This document shows, piece by piece, positions 13,113 through 52,841 of a stretch of DNA of 64,000 nt (position 1 is the first letter of the stretch; each line of letters starts with the position of its first letter). The position numbers and the translations under genes were made by a program. The stretch is from Antedon mediterranea. Its lineage: Eukaryota; Animalia; Echinodermata. The stretch is from NCBI RefSeq assembly GCF_964355755.1, contig NC_092680.1, forward strand, positions 4,836,001-4,900,000, read 5' to 3'. The notes under the pieces are model-generated. The model was not told the DNA's origin, searched no databases, and worked only from the letters and a program-made list of their open reading frames with translations.

Positions 13113-14074
13113 GTTTAAAGTAAATGTAAATGTCTGAACTAATGAACAATAATGTCAGCTCTTCCAACCTAATTCGACAACCTTCTGATAGCAACTGTGA
13201 AAGAGCATACTTCGACAACGCTCTGATGGCACTGGTGGTATCTGTGAAAGAGCATACTGGTCTCACTTGGACAACCTTCTGATGACACAAGTGGCCCTGA
13301 AAGAGCACACCGGTTACAATTGACAAACTTGTGGTGTCACCAGTCTTCTTGTGAAAGAGCATACTGGTTTCATTTAGTTGCACTGCAGTGGAGCATATCC
13401 TGTGTGACTGAGACAACATTTATGACTGTACCAGTAATATATCTGTATAACGGCATCTGGTATTGCTCTTTGGATGGCACCAGTAGTATCTGAATAAGAG
13501 CAGATTTGCAGATCTCGAAATGAGATGCTTGAATGTGGAAACCGGAACATGGTCCGATACCATAAGAATGTTACTATAGATAAAGAGATAAATATATAAT
13601 AAGTTATATCTTGGTAGTATCGGCCGCCTTGAAAGTTTTTCTAGTGTTTTACCCCCTCAAAGATAACATATATCTTCATGCATGTAATATACTTTAACCT
13701 TATTCTAAATCCCTTCATTGATTAAATAGAATTAAATAAACTGTTGTAAATATTTAACAAATTTGTAAAAATCAAATTATAATTACAAATTTTCAAAATA
13801 TAATTTGAAAATGTTATTTGGCATACCACAATAGAATGATTTGATGATTATGATGTTCCCAAATATGGTAGTGATATGCCCAAATATGGTAGTGATATGA
13901 CATTATCATGTCACAGCAAATTGTTTTGTCACATAAAGTTTTATAGTGTAGACAGATCTTAAAGTATAATGAAGCCTATTTGTAAGTGTTATGATTTTAA
14001 TTTTTCCAACCAAAACATATATATATGATAATTAATATGCATGATAAATTATGCAATAAAAAGTATTTCATTGT

Positions 14075-14232
14075 ACAGTCAACTTTCTCAAAACCAAACT
14101 TTTATCAAAGTCCCACCCCAAGGTCCTAAATTCATTTTGATCGTTAAAACACATTCCGAATACCAGACTTTCCCGAAAACCAGACATACATCAGGGCAAC
14201 CCAACAGTGTCCGGTATTGAGAGAGTTGACTG
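14075..14232. mobile_element. Tc1/mariner-type MITE (CAGTCAACT TIR, TA TSD)
   Basis: ta|cagtcaactttctcaa ... ttgagagagttgactg|ta. Confidence 0.75.
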
Positions 14233-14612
14233 TATCTTATATCTGTTGATTATTGACTATACGTAAACGTAAATATTCTTGTTTGAGTATAATGAATGAA
14301 TTATTTAGTCATTCTGCTGAAGAACACCGACTTTGTTTGAGGTAACTTTTACCATTACGTTTTTTTTAATTTGATTGGTTTGTTAAAAAAAGAAAGTTCT
14401 TAAAGAGCATTGAACACACAATTTATTTTTAATAATTCAAAAAATAAAGAAAAGTTACAATATACTGCGTACTATGATATATTAATATATATATATATAT
14501 GTATAAAATTATAAATGTTATAAATATAATAGGTCTGTAATATAATGAAAAGTAATTGTGTTTTTTTAGTCCCAAACTTATTAAATTTGAATACATCACA
14601 TAATTTAGTCTT

Positions 14613-14924
14613 AAGCTTGGTTTCAACTTAGACCATGGACCTAAGTTAGGTCCAATTTATAGGTCCATGCTTAGACCCACGATTGCCTTGTTTAGACGCA
14701 ACACAACGATGTGGGTGCAGCACAAGTGAGTTGACCAATCGGATGTTCAAATCACTAGGCGAATTTGTTGGCGCGTCAGGTTATACGCATGCGTAGAGAG
14801 GGATTTGGACGCTCGAAACATGAGTACGCATGCGTAAGCTGACGCTTTCGATTCAAATTTCAAACAAATTCGCCTAGTGGAAAATCGACTTTACGTTGCG
14901 GCGCCATATTAAGAAACCAAGCTT
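14613..14924. mobile_element. Nested MITEs: outer aagcttggtttc...gaaaccaagctt, inner cactaggcgaatttgtt...aacaaattcgcctagtg (14753-14879)
   Basis: Two concentric inverted-repeat pairs read directly; inner element also has tacgcatgcgta twice. Confidence 0.75.
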
Positions 14925-17499
14925 AAGGGTTTTTGTTTGTGCTGTAAGGGGTACAGTTGGTTGAACCTCATAAATGTGCTATACTTTATTATTCGATGTT
15001 GTTCCTTCTTTTTTACCTAACTAGCTCCTGTTTGTTCCCTCCCACTAAAAAGTAAAACAATGTTAATTTTCAAAACAAAATAATGTTGAAACTAAATTAG
15101 CTGAATATTGTATATACAAAATAAAAAGTTAAAAGGTAATTCAACTCAATAATATTTGGATATGCTGACTTACAGATCGTATGCCTTTGAAATAAAAAGA
15201 TCTTTTAGAATTATTTAAATTGAATGTATAAAATTTGATAAATATAAAAAAATTAATAAGCGAAGTCCTTTTTTGTGATCATGACTCTGTCGGGAGAATT
15301 AAGGATTTTACATTTGTTTTAAACAATGAATCATTATTATCACCAAATTGCATTCGTACAGGCCTACTTACTAAAGGTGCTAATTTATTGTATACAATTA
15401 TGATTATGACAAAAACTGCGAAAGTTAGAACAATATTGAAAAATATCTCAGTGTCACCAAAAAAATTAAATAATGTGGGCAATACAATGATAGCGTTTCG
15501 CTAATTGTTGAACGCGGCGCAATGACGTAACAAAGGTAACCAATCACGATATGATCATCATGTGTTACGTCAGCGCTGCGCTTTCCAAGTGGCAACAAAG
15601 CTTTAGTATTAAGACCTACATAACGTAAAGTTACAGATGTATAAGTTGCCCGTATGTGAGATTAAAACCCAACATCTTCAGATACTACAATTCAAACCTT
15701 TTCAAATAGAATCTTTTTGAAACCGTTTAGGCTATCCGGCGGCGGCCGTCCTTTTAGAATGTTCAATTGTGCTTCTTTCTTGATTATTTATGATGTATAT
15801 ACACCTCTGATGCTAAATATTATTCAATTTAAATTAATTCAAAACTCCAGAGCCACCAATATGTACCCTTATAATTCCTATTGATTAATTTCTGTTTACA
15901 CCCACTGTACTTCAAACATTATACGATCGTTTCGTCCATTATGTAAAATTAATTTGAAATTAATTTTCCTTTAATGAAGATAATAATATAATAAAGAGAT
16001 GTAAAATTACATAAAGAATGATTCAAACCCCTGTAGGCCTATGTTTAAATTCTTGTTTTTTATCACGAAAGTTATCAATTCATTATTTACTTCTTATTAC
16101 TGTATTATCTTGTTTTCAATAGTATAATATATTGTGTAAATTAGAATATGAATTCAATTAAAATTGAGTGCAAATCATTTAAACTTTTTATTTCAAAACC
16201 ACGTTAACACATTGAAAGTACTGAATACAATAATTAAATGTTGGTAAAATGTATTAATTTAATTTAAAACATGTGTACGTCTGTTCGATTGTGGAGGTAT
16301 AAAATTAAATACCTCCATGGTCTGTTGTTGATTCACCTTTTAACGCATCTCCTAGGACGTAAAATCATAAAGGTATTTTAATTCCGCCATAGTAAGTTTT
16401 AAAAAAGTACGTACAATATTCTTGTTCTTATTTTGGTGTCACGCCCAATTAGGCAATTGTAAATTATTAATAATTGTTAATTTGATAACAAATGATGCAA
16501 CTATAACAATACAGTATACGTACTGGTTATCTTTTTGTTTTCAGTCGTTTTAAACTTTGTTAGAACAAATTAATTATTACAATTTTTGAAAGAGATTTCG
16601 TTACTTTGTAAATTACCAATTTCTGTAAATATGAATATAATAAAATATATTGAGAAATATATGAAATCGTGTTTGTTTGATTGGTTTATGAGTGTTTTTC
16701 AGCATGGAATAATTTCCAAGAAGCGATTAATAGGCCTACTATTTAATTTGTTTGACGATAACTGCCACTGATCTATTTTTAGATTATTTAACGATTATAA
16801 TTGCCAGCCAGTCAGTGGGAAGAAATTAGTTTAACGCTCTCTCGTGCAGATTACAAATATATCGTTTTATAATAGTTTTATAAAAAAAACCTTAACTACT
16901 GTCTACATGCATCTCAATATTTATCAGCAAATGTTTTCATAGATTCTCTTTTCCCAGACATGCTTTGGGGTGTGCGCATGCCCAGTCCGAGTTTCTAAAT
17001 ACCCATTTTATTTAGTAAACTAGCTGCAGTGTGAACTATAGAACCAACCCAAATCCGATTTGAGGCTAATTAGTGCATTTAGTGACAGAAGGCAGCTCAA
17101 TAACAATCCAACCTAAAACATTGAAGCCGCATATGCATAGTTGAAATGTTAACATTATCATTGTAACTGTTTTACGAATTGTACAAATAGTAAAATGTGC
17201 TTAAATTAGGCGTTTGTGTGTGGCTCGCCTTGTGTTTATTGTGTGGTTCCTGCGTAAATTGTAAGTATTGCATGCCTCGCCGTCTCGCACTTTATATTTT
17301 TTTTTTCATATTTTAAAGTATAAGTTTCCGGGGACCAAGCTATTTTTCAAAAATGTTCTTAGCTCCGCCCCAACCATGGTTGGCTAGCACTGGGGCCTCT
17401 GTAGAAGTGTGGGTGAATTTGGGAAATACCAAGCTCAGAATTAATTGGAAAATACAAAATTCCATTTTTTAGTAAGGGAGCCCTCTCTCGTCGTAGCCG

Positions 17500-17535
17500 T
17501 AGATCACGTGATGAACAAAATTAAAGTATGGCCGC
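17500..17535 (+). promoter_or_regulatory. ARFGEF proximal promoter: E-box (atcacgtga) and YY1-like (atggccgc)
   Basis: Motifs 120-150 bp upstream of ATG 17651 in a locally CpG-richer stretch. Confidence 0.35.
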
Positions 17536-17650
17536 TACATGAACCGGTGATGTGGAATTTAGGCTGCTTTTATTGATAAAAGAACAATATTTTTGTTTAA
17601 TGTTTATTCCAATTTCATTTTTATGGTCATTGTCCTGAGTAATCTACAAG

Positions 17651-43106
<25,456 letters not shown>

Positions 43107-46100
43107 CAGTTGATAATGTGAGAGCATATATTGTACCATTCAATAAGTTTATTATTTAACACAAATTATGCAAGATCAAATACAGATAACAAAAGTAAAA
43201 TGCATAATTTATGCTAACAAGGTCACTAGATTAGAATAAGTTATGCTAATTATGTAATTAGCATAATAAATGTTAGTTATATAATTTGCATAACTTAAAT
43301 GTGAAATAATTACCATAATTTTTATGCTAAATTAATAAATTAGAATATATTAAAAGTATATGATTAATAGATAAAATGTATATGTACTTTTATGTCTGTA
43401 CAGTTTATGGGGCAATAGTTTGTGGACTGTGTCGGGGTAAATGATTTTTACAGATAGACGTAGATACTTAAACCATTGGAACTTTTTGATACACTCTTTC
43501 TGTATACTCTATAGCATACCTTAATATCTTAGATATGATGATGGATGTATGATATAAATAGTGATAATATAAAGCTTTGTCTACACTATTAAACTAGTTT
43601 GACAAAAAATATATGATGTGACCAAATATGGTAGTGATATGCCCAAATGTGGTAGTGATATGACATCATCATGTCCATATATGGGCACATCACATTAGGT
43701 TTGACAGTGTAGACAGAGCTTAAGAGTGATGGTTCATCTATCATTTTATGATTATAGTAATGTATTCTGAAGTATTCTTTAGGAAACCTCTTTGAGTTGG
43801 TACGTTATACACCCTGTAGGCTAACATTTTTCACCACACCTTAGTCCCCTGTAGTTTTGGAGTAGAACGTTTTGTGAAAGAAAAAAATCACTATTTTCAT
43901 CAAAAGAACTAGAATCTCAGGGTAACAACTTAACCTTTTTAAAAATGTTTTAAGCTCTGTCTACACAATCAAACTAGTTTGAAAAAAAAAGTGTGGTGTG
44001 CCCAAATATGGTAGTGATATGACATCATCATGTTCATATATGGGCACATCACATTTTTTGTCACATAAAGTTTGATAGTGTAGACTTGTCTTTAAATGTA
44101 TTCATTAGATGCAGTGTAAAATCTGTGTAGAGTACCATCTTTCCTAATTGCATTCCATTGTTGTACGTATTTGTACTTGTGTATAATTGTTTTTTCCTAT
44201 ACATGTATGTATTATATTCTTTGTATTATTATTGCTTATTATGAAGCTCATAATATGTTATCACCACAGCAGAATAGCTCATTTAATCAACACATAAGAA
44301 TTTTTAAATATGCCTTTGACGTAAAAAATTAAAATAAAAATAACCTTGATACTCAGTAATGTTGGAGCGATGTTTACTTATTTTGATATCGCCATTAATT
44401 AATTAATGAACCACAGTAATTAATAGAATTGGAATTATTAAAAATATTAATTTTAGATAATCTCACTGTTCCTAAATAATAACTAGAATAATATTAATTG
44501 TAAAATTTAATTCTGCTTCATACACACACTACAGTGACATACCTAATTTTAAACTATAATATAAAACTGCTAGAGCAGTTTATGATATCAACAGTAACTC
44601 TGTTGAAGAACCGCCATAGAATAGCACTATATGTGAGAGAACAGCCTAATAATTGATATATATCTGATGTTTATTCAATAAAAAGTTTGGAGATAATCCA
44701 AGAAGGTGGTCTCTGAAAAATTTGTCATAATCAGAAGATGGTCCCCGAATAATAATGTGATCCTAGAAGGTAGTTCTTAATATAAATAAAGTTAGAGTTG
44801 TCTTACAAAAGCAGTCCTTAGAAAAACGTTTGAAAATAAAAGTGGTTAATGTTGTTTATACTGCACCTTAATATTGAGTAAACAAAGTATAAATGTTTTT
44901 CTCTTATTTGTAAATAATCAAATTCCAGATGTTTTATTTCATATATAATCATTATTGAAACTAGACACACAATTATTGGATTTAATCAAATGATCAGTAT
45001 TTAAATTAGTCACGTGATCGTTTATTTAAATTAGTCACATGATCGGTTATTTAAATTAGTCTATGTATATTCTATATTTATAATTCCTTTGAAAACTACT
45101 TTTCTTTTGCTATTTCATTTAATTGTCATGAATTTATTGGTTGAGTTTTTATACCTAATGCAAATCATAGAGATAGGCTATGAGGCATGATATTGTTAAG
45201 ATAGTTTCCACTAGTACCAGTGCCATATATATTTCAATATGGCTCTAACTAATACTATGGACCCTTTCATTGGCCCATGCTAGTACGTATTAAGCTTGTC
45301 GCAAGTAATTCGACCAATCACGACGCGACGGATCATCCGAATTGTCGCTTGTTATTGGTCAACTCACTTGTGCTGTGCCTACTGTACGTCGTTGGCGTGT
45401 CCGAGTTGAAGCCAAGCTTTAAATGTAAAATTTCTTTAAAATAGACTTTAAATTCTCAATATCCCATTTTCACCATCAAAATTACCCTTTTGAGAACGAG
45501 TTTTTTTTTGTTCTGTTTGATGGGAATATTTACTATGTTTTACCCAGATACGTAATGTTGCATATACTCTGTGCAATCTATGTTGTGACGTCATAGGCAG
45601 ATCAATGTCTTGTAAAATGAAATTACAGGCTAATTTGAACCAATGGCATGGATGAGGCCAGTTGTAATTGCCGCCGTAATTGATAAAAGATATTATAGTA
45701 TTATATGTATCTTAGTTTTATTTTCACGAGGGAAAAATATATTATGAGAAATGAAATAAATAATGAAAGAAACTGATTTATAGATGAGGTTTTTTTTAGG
45801 TTTTAAACATTATATCATTATCATCATTCTCTATAAGTATCCTATACTTACTTTCTCAAAAAATTGAGATACAAAATAATCTTATCTATGCAAGCATGAT
45901 CCATGCTTCCAACTTAAATGCGTCCATATTGTCTGATACAAACAATGTACCCTCTTTCTAAAGAAAAAATGGCTATATAAATTAATTCATGTCAATCACA
46001 TTATAAAAATATATGTTCATGTCGGGTCATGTTCGGGGTCATGCTTCCTGTAGAACAGACTAACATTCGGGAAAAAATTCTTGAAAATGCAACTATGAAT

Positions 46101-46282
46101 CATAGGCTTAGTAAATCGTACAAAAGTAGTGAAAATTACATGAAAAATATCAAATGAAAATATGTTAATTTATTAACTGGCTCTATATATTATTATACAT
46201 TATTGTGCATGCGTTTGTTTTTATCAAACTATCTAACCTATCTGAATTTGCGAATTGCGGAGCTTCAGAAAGGACATTTCAA

Positions 46283-47256
46283 TCAGTTTTTCTTAGCATG
46301 AAGGAAATAATTTTGAGAATCAAAATACATAATGCCATCACTATTTACTGGCATTTCCCGTTTACACCAATCCATCGCATCTTTAACAAATTCATCTTGA
46401 AGATCATCCGGTATTAGAGTTAATTGTCCAGAGAGAGTGCGAACATAACCTTAAAAAAGACATTTTTCAGTGCTTCTACTAAATCAACAGTATATATGAT
46501 AAAAAAAAATTATCGTTGGAATGGCGCTATAAAAATGGAAATTATTATTATTGATTAATTGGCGAGTTAATCTCTTACTTACCATAAAGTTCATAATCAT
46601 TTTCTATGATAAATAGGGAGGGATCTATGGCTTCTTTGCTGACCAATGAGAATCCTTCAGTTTCCAAAAGACTACACCAACCATCCAAGTCCAAGTCATT
46701 TTTCAAACCACCTTCGTAATCCTGAACAAACAGAAATTGTACTGATTGAACATTTTAGTGTGTTATGCGTAGACAGTGCTTTAATAAAGAGAAGGACTAA
46801 CTAGGATTCTTCACTCTTCCCTGACGCACCTTAAGACAGTAATCTAACTATCGCAAGATCCACGTCAATTATCTGCTGAGCCCACGCAACATTTATAACT
46901 GTAATAGCTGACGTTACCCATCGTTTATTATATTATTCAGACATATATCTGTGATATATTTCACGTTTAACGTTTTAATAACAAAATGTGACGCCTATAA
47001 TAACACTATAAGAAACTCACCTTAAGAAACGATTCCACTTTGGGTGGTTCTTAAGATAAGACGGAAGCTCATTTTTTCCAGTTCCACCAAATTTGAAGTT
47101 TGGACCAGAAACTAAAATAAATAATTCTCCGCCTTGTTTCATACATTGTTGTATATTTTGGATAGTCTTTTTCTTATCTTTCACCCAGTGCAAGACGTGC
47201 ATTGATGTGACTTTATTAAATTGGTTATGTTTCCATTTTGAGAGGTTCGTTCCAAA
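46283..47256 (-). pseudogene. Methyltransferase copy A, 5'-truncated (part of exon 2, exons 3-4)
   Basis: Exon pieces 47256-47021, 46721-46583, 46449-46283 are open, but homology stops mid exon 2 at a duplication junction; no exon 1 or motif I. Confidence 0.85.
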
Positions 47257-47283
47257 CACGAAATGCTTCAAGTAAGATAGGCC

Positions 47284-49862
47284 TAATGACGGCCAAAGCA
47301 ATATTCAAATATAGACTTAGAATTGTAAACCCCACCATTAAACTATCGTGGCACTAACGTTACCCAAACAGATATGAAATTAATACTACCCTCACTTTTA
47401 GTATGAATTCACAAAAAGGAATCATGAAGATTAATTACGAATGTGCCAGGCACAGCTTATTCGGTTCTCAACTGAGTATACAGTCTAATACGAACATGTG
47501 AAAAAGCCTATCCGTGGTTAATCTGGAAAATACAGCCCTTTACATTGCATTACACCGTGAAAGTACAGGAAATTGTACCTTGCTAAGATATCCATCGAAC
47601 AATTTTTAGGGTAAATAAAACAAATCAAAATCAAATAGGTTAAAACTGCATAAATAGAAATTTATTTATTTTCGGGCCAAAGCCCATCATTGATACGTGA
47701 ACATTTAAAATAACTGTTGTACACATTAATAGAATATGAATTATACAGATAAATAAATCTTTCATTTTTTTCAAGTTCAAAGTTCATGCATCAAATCATG
47801 CTTTTTGACCTCAAGTGGGAACAGCGTGCTTCAATGTGAAATAATAAGTTTAAAAAGAGTTGTTGTTTGGAGATGATCCAAGATGGTGGTCCCTGAAAAA
47901 TTTGCAATATTTAGATGATTGTCCCTTAATAATAATGTGATCCTAGAAGGTATTTCTTAATATAAAGTTAGAGTTGTCTTACAAAAGCAGTCCGACTTAG
48001 AAAAAAGTTTGAAAATAAAAGTGGTTAGGCCTAATGTTGTTTATACTGCACCTTAATATTGAGTAAACAAAATATAAATGTTTTTCTCTTATTTGTAAAT
48101 AATCAAATTCCAGATGTTTTATTTCATATATAATCATTATTAAAACTAGACACACAATTATTAGACTTAATCAAATGATCAGTAATGTTGCATATACTCT
48201 GTGCAATCTATGTTGTGACGTCATAGGCAGATCAATGTCTTGTAAAATGAAATTGCAGGCTAATTTGAACCAATAGCATGAAGAAGGCCAGTTGCAATTG
48301 CCGCCGTCATTGATAAAAGATATTATAGTAGGCCTATTATATGTATCTTAGTTTTGTTTTCACGAGTGAAAAATATATTATGAGAAATGAAATAAATAAT
48401 GAAAGAAACTGATTTATAGATGAGATTTTTTTTAGGTTTTGAACATTATATCATTATCATCATTCTCTATAAGTATCCTATACTTACTTTCTCAAAAAAT
48501 TGAGATACAAAATAATCTTATCTATGCAAGCATGATCCATGCTTCCAACTTAAATGCGTCCATATTGTCTGATACAAACAATGTACCCTCTTTCTAAAGA
48601 AAAAATGGCTATATAAATTAATTCATGTCAATCACATTATAAAAATATATGTTCATGTCGGGTCATGTTCGGGGTCATGTTTCCTGTAGAACAGACTAAC
48701 ATTCGGGAAAAAACTTCTTGAAAATGCAACTATGAATCATAGGCTTAGTAAATCGTACAAAAGTAGTGAAAATTACATGAAAAATATCAAATGAAAATAT
48801 GTTAATTTATTAACTGACTCTATATATTATTATGATACATTATTGTGCATGCGTTTGTTTTTATCAAACTACCTAACCTATCTGAATTTGCGAATTGCGG
48901 AGCTTCAGAAAGGACATTTCAATCAGTTTTTCTTAGCATGAAGGAATAATATTGAGAATCAAAATACATAATGCCATCACTATTTACTTGCATTTCCCGT
49001 TTACACCAATCCATCGCATCTTTAACAATCTCATCTTGAAGATCATCCGGTATTAGAGTTAATTGTCCAGAGAGAGTGCGAATATAGCCTTAAAAGAAAT
49101 GTTTACAGTGCTTGTGCTAAATCAACAGCATGATAGTCTAGTAAAAAAATCTGCCTAGAAATCAAGTTAGGGCAGTGGAATGTTAGACGCAGTCAACATA
49201 GTCAGAATGGAACGGAATTGCGCTATAAAAATGGAAATTATTATTATTGATTAATTGGCAAGATAATCCCTTACTTACCATCAAGTTCATAATCATTTTC
49301 TATGATAAATAGGGAGGGATCTATGGCTTCTTTGCTAACCAATGAGAATCCTTCAGTTTCCAAAAGACTACACCAACCATCCAAGTCCAAGTCATTTTTC
49401 AAACCACTTTCGTAATCCTGAACAAACAGAAATTGTACTGATTGAACATTTTAGTGTGTTATGCGTAAACAGTGCTTTAATAAAGAGAAGGGAAGGACTA
49501 ACACTAGGGTTTTTCACTCTTCCCTGACGCACCTTAAGACAGTAATCTAACCATCGCAAGATCCACGTCAATTATCTGGTGAGCCCATGCAACATTTATA
49601 ACTGTAGTTAAACTACCGATTATTATATTATTCAGACATATCTGTGATATATTTCGCGTTGAACGTTTTAATAATAAAATGTGACGCCTATAATAACACT
49701 ATAAGAAATATGATAAAATGTAAACTCACCTTAAGAAAACGATTATACGATTGTATATTTTTGATAGTCTTTTTCTTATCTTTCACCCACTGGCAAGACG
49801 TGCATTGATGTGACTTTATTAAATTTATTTTGTTTCCATTTGGAGAGAGAGGTTCGTTCCAA
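47284..49862. repeat. Second unit of a tandem segmental duplication of about 42484-47256 (ARFGEF last intron/exon remnant + intergenic + methyltransferase 3' part), with internal deletions
   Basis: 47284-47830 matches 42484-43046; 47866-48183 matches 44686-44998; 48183-49090 matches 45552-46450. Confidence 0.93.
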
Positions 49863-50242
49863 ACTCTTGTGCGTCACAGACAACATACTCCACATTGCTT
49901 AGTTGGTGATGTTGTTTTGCATAATCAATCATATCGTTAGAGACATCGATACCTTAATATTAAATGAAATAATTAAACTAATAAAGGTTGATGGGTGGCA
50001 CAAATTCAGGTGGCAAGTGTCGAGTGGCAAAATCCATGAGGCAACGGGCCTAGACCCGTCTAATACATACCAACTACTGACGACACGTTACGAGCTATAT
50101 CCGAAGTAAAGTTTCCTGAACCGCAACCAACATCTAAAACTCTGTCATCTTTTGAGAAATCGAATTTGGAAGTGTACTTATTGATACCGATTGCTTGCAC
50201 CCGGCGGCATTTTGAGTACATGGCAGACAATTTACTATTCAT
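48923..50242 (-). pseudogene. Methyltransferase copy B, frameshifted pseudogene
   Basis: Exons 50242-50071 (VLDVGCGSGN intact), 49952-49730 (223 nt vs 326: large deletion plus small insertions), 49417-49279, 49088-48923 (1-nt deletion). Confidence 0.85.
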
Positions 50243-50585
50243 GGTGCAAAGATTAAATGTAAACACTCGTGTCTAAACTTTATGTTGCTAAACTGTTTTA
50301 TTAAATTTAACCCTATTATTATTATGATATAGTACCGTATATGATTGATGAGCGGAGTTACACCCTCTAAAAATTATAAACCCTTTTTTCCTTTTTAGTG
50401 TGAAGAATTAATGATAATGGCACTGTAATATTGAGTTTGAAATTATTCTTTTGTAACAGTCAATCTCTACTATGAATGATGAAATTACATATTAAATGTC
50501 GACAAATTATAAGATAAATAATGTTTATGAAGTATAGCTTTATTAGGCAAACAAGATTAAGAGGTTTCAAATTTTCAAATCGTCT

Positions 50586-50763
50586 TTCTTTATTTTTTTT
50601 TTGTTTGTTTGTTTCTTTCTTTTTTCTTGTTTTTCTTTTTTCCCCTTCGTTGTTTCTTTCTTTTTTCTTTCGTTCCTTTTTTTCTTTCGTTCCTTCTATC
50701 TTTTTTCTTTTTTTTTTCTTTTTTTCTTTCGTTGTTTCTTTTTTTCTTTCGTTCTTTCTTTTT
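50586..50763. repeat. Polypyrimidine (TTTC-type) low-complexity tract
   Basis: Direct reading. Confidence 0.9.
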
Positions 50764-50999
50764 GTAATTATCTGACATGATTTATAAAATATTATGTTTA
50801 AGGTTCTATTTCACGGAGTATACGACAGTCTATACCTAAATCTACAGTACATTATTTTGCCTTTTTTCATATCATTACAATTTGGAACATTTTCTGAATC
50901 GGCCAGACCAAATAAATCATTGTTTATATACGTATAACCTATTGCCCGCCGTAACATTGTAATAGATACTGTTGCCTTCTTTGTCATTTTGTTACGTTA

Positions 51000-52841
51000 T
51001 TACATTTTCTTAGCATGAAGGAAATAACATTCACAATCCGAATACATAATGCCATCACTATTTACTGGTAGTTCCCGTTTACACCAATCCATCGCATCTT
51101 TAACAATTTCATCTTGAAGATTATCCGGTATTCGGGCCAATTGTCCCGAGAGAGTGCGAACATAACCTTAAAAGAAAGAAAAGTTTTTTTTTAGTTGCTG
51201 TAACCAATTAAATTAAATCTTACATTACACTGCACATTACTTACCATCAAGTTCATAATCATTTTCTATGATAAATATGGTTGGATCTATGGCTTCTTTG
51301 CTGACCAATGAAAATCCTTCAGTTTCCAAAAGACTACACCAACCATCCAAGTCCAAGTCATTTTTCAAACCACCTTCATAATCCTACAGTAAAACACGAG
51401 AAGGCAATGTTAGAGTAATATTGTGTATGATAAACAGAGCCATCGGATGTTTGATTTGTGTGTACTTGCGTTTAAACGCCAGAACGCACGTGCATGGTCA
51501 ATAAATGCATAAAGGTGGTCAGAGGTCAGAGATTCACGCCAGATGGTGGTTCTTTTATATAGAAATTATTAAAGACGATTTAAATCAAAATATAAATTAA
51601 TACAATGGTGGTAAAACTACGGTACTGCATCCAAGGGTCATACTTGCACGATAAAAACACCCATCGACTAAAGTAAACTCACATGAAGAAATAGATTCCA
51701 CTTTGGGTGGTTCTTAAGATAAGACGGAAGCTCATTTTCTTTAGTTCCACACAATCTGCACATTGGACCAACAACTAAAATAAATAATTCTCCGCCTTGT
51801 TTCATACATTGTTGTATATTTTGGATAGTATTTTTCTTATCTTTCACCCACTGCAAGACGTACATTGATGTGACTTTATTAAATTGGTTTTGTTTCCATT
51901 TTGAGAGATTCGTTCCAAAATCCTGAGCGTCACAGACAACATACTCCACATTGCTCAATTGGTGATGCTGTTTTGCATAATTGATCATATCGTTAGACAC
52001 ATCGATACCTAAAATAAAATAATTAGGCCGGTAATAATGATGAATGAAGTTCGCATGGATTGGTCATTGACACATTTAGAATAAGTCTAAGTGGAGACGG
52101 GATATATGGAAATTTTGGCCCTAGTAAACGAGTGAGTTTGGATACACGAATTATTGTTGATCATAGTGTAATTCATCAGTGTTATGAAACCAAGAATAAG
52201 GGGTGGGGGGAGGGAGGTCGCTTATTTAACAATATAACTAACACTGCGTGTCTTTTTTACGAATGCTGAACTCAACAGTAGACACTATTATGCAAAACAG
52301 GAACTCTTTTTGTAGTGTTTTGAGCCTACCAAAATACAGTGCGTTGAAAAGGTCACTTAATCATAGAATAAAGACACTATTCACTTTACAATTACAATTG
52401 AACAATACAGAAAGAAGTGAACAGCCACTGAGTTAAGTCTTTTTTCAATGTCACGTTGTGTTTTTTCCTAAGCGCCCCTACAATTGGTTTCTTACGTACA
52501 GACGTGACATTTTCGAATACACTATGTATTGTTTGTTAGTTTAATGTTCTTCAGTTTTAAAAGGTATTATTTTATGATTAAGATATTTGATACAAATAAT
52601 GATAGGCCTAAGAAGATTTTTTATAAAAACGAGTACAAGTTTTTACAGAGAAAAAATAAATCCACATACCAACTACTGACGACACGTTATGAGCTATATC
52701 CGAAGCAAAGTTTCCAGAACCGCAACCAACATCTAAAACTCTGTCATCTTTTGAGAAATCGAATTTGGAAGTTAACATATCGATTGAAATTGCTTGAAAT
52801 CGGCGACATTTTGAATACGTGGCAGATAATTTACAATTCAT
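51000..52841 (-). CDS. Class I SAM-dependent methyltransferase, JHAMT-like (267 aa), copy C, intact
   Basis: Exons 52841-52670, 52008-51683, 51383-51245, 51166-51000 (804 nt, in frame); motif I VLDVGCGSGN, GIDVSNDMINYAK, FNKVTSMYVLQWVKD, MKQGGELFI. Confidence 0.9.

Noticed and set aside
13012-13419. 135-aa minus-strand ORF
   Set aside because: No recognisable motif; overlaps last exon and repeat-containing 3' UTR of the plus-strand gene
50521-50778. Phe-rich and Lys-rich ORFs
   Set aside because: Pyrimidine/purine microsatellite translation
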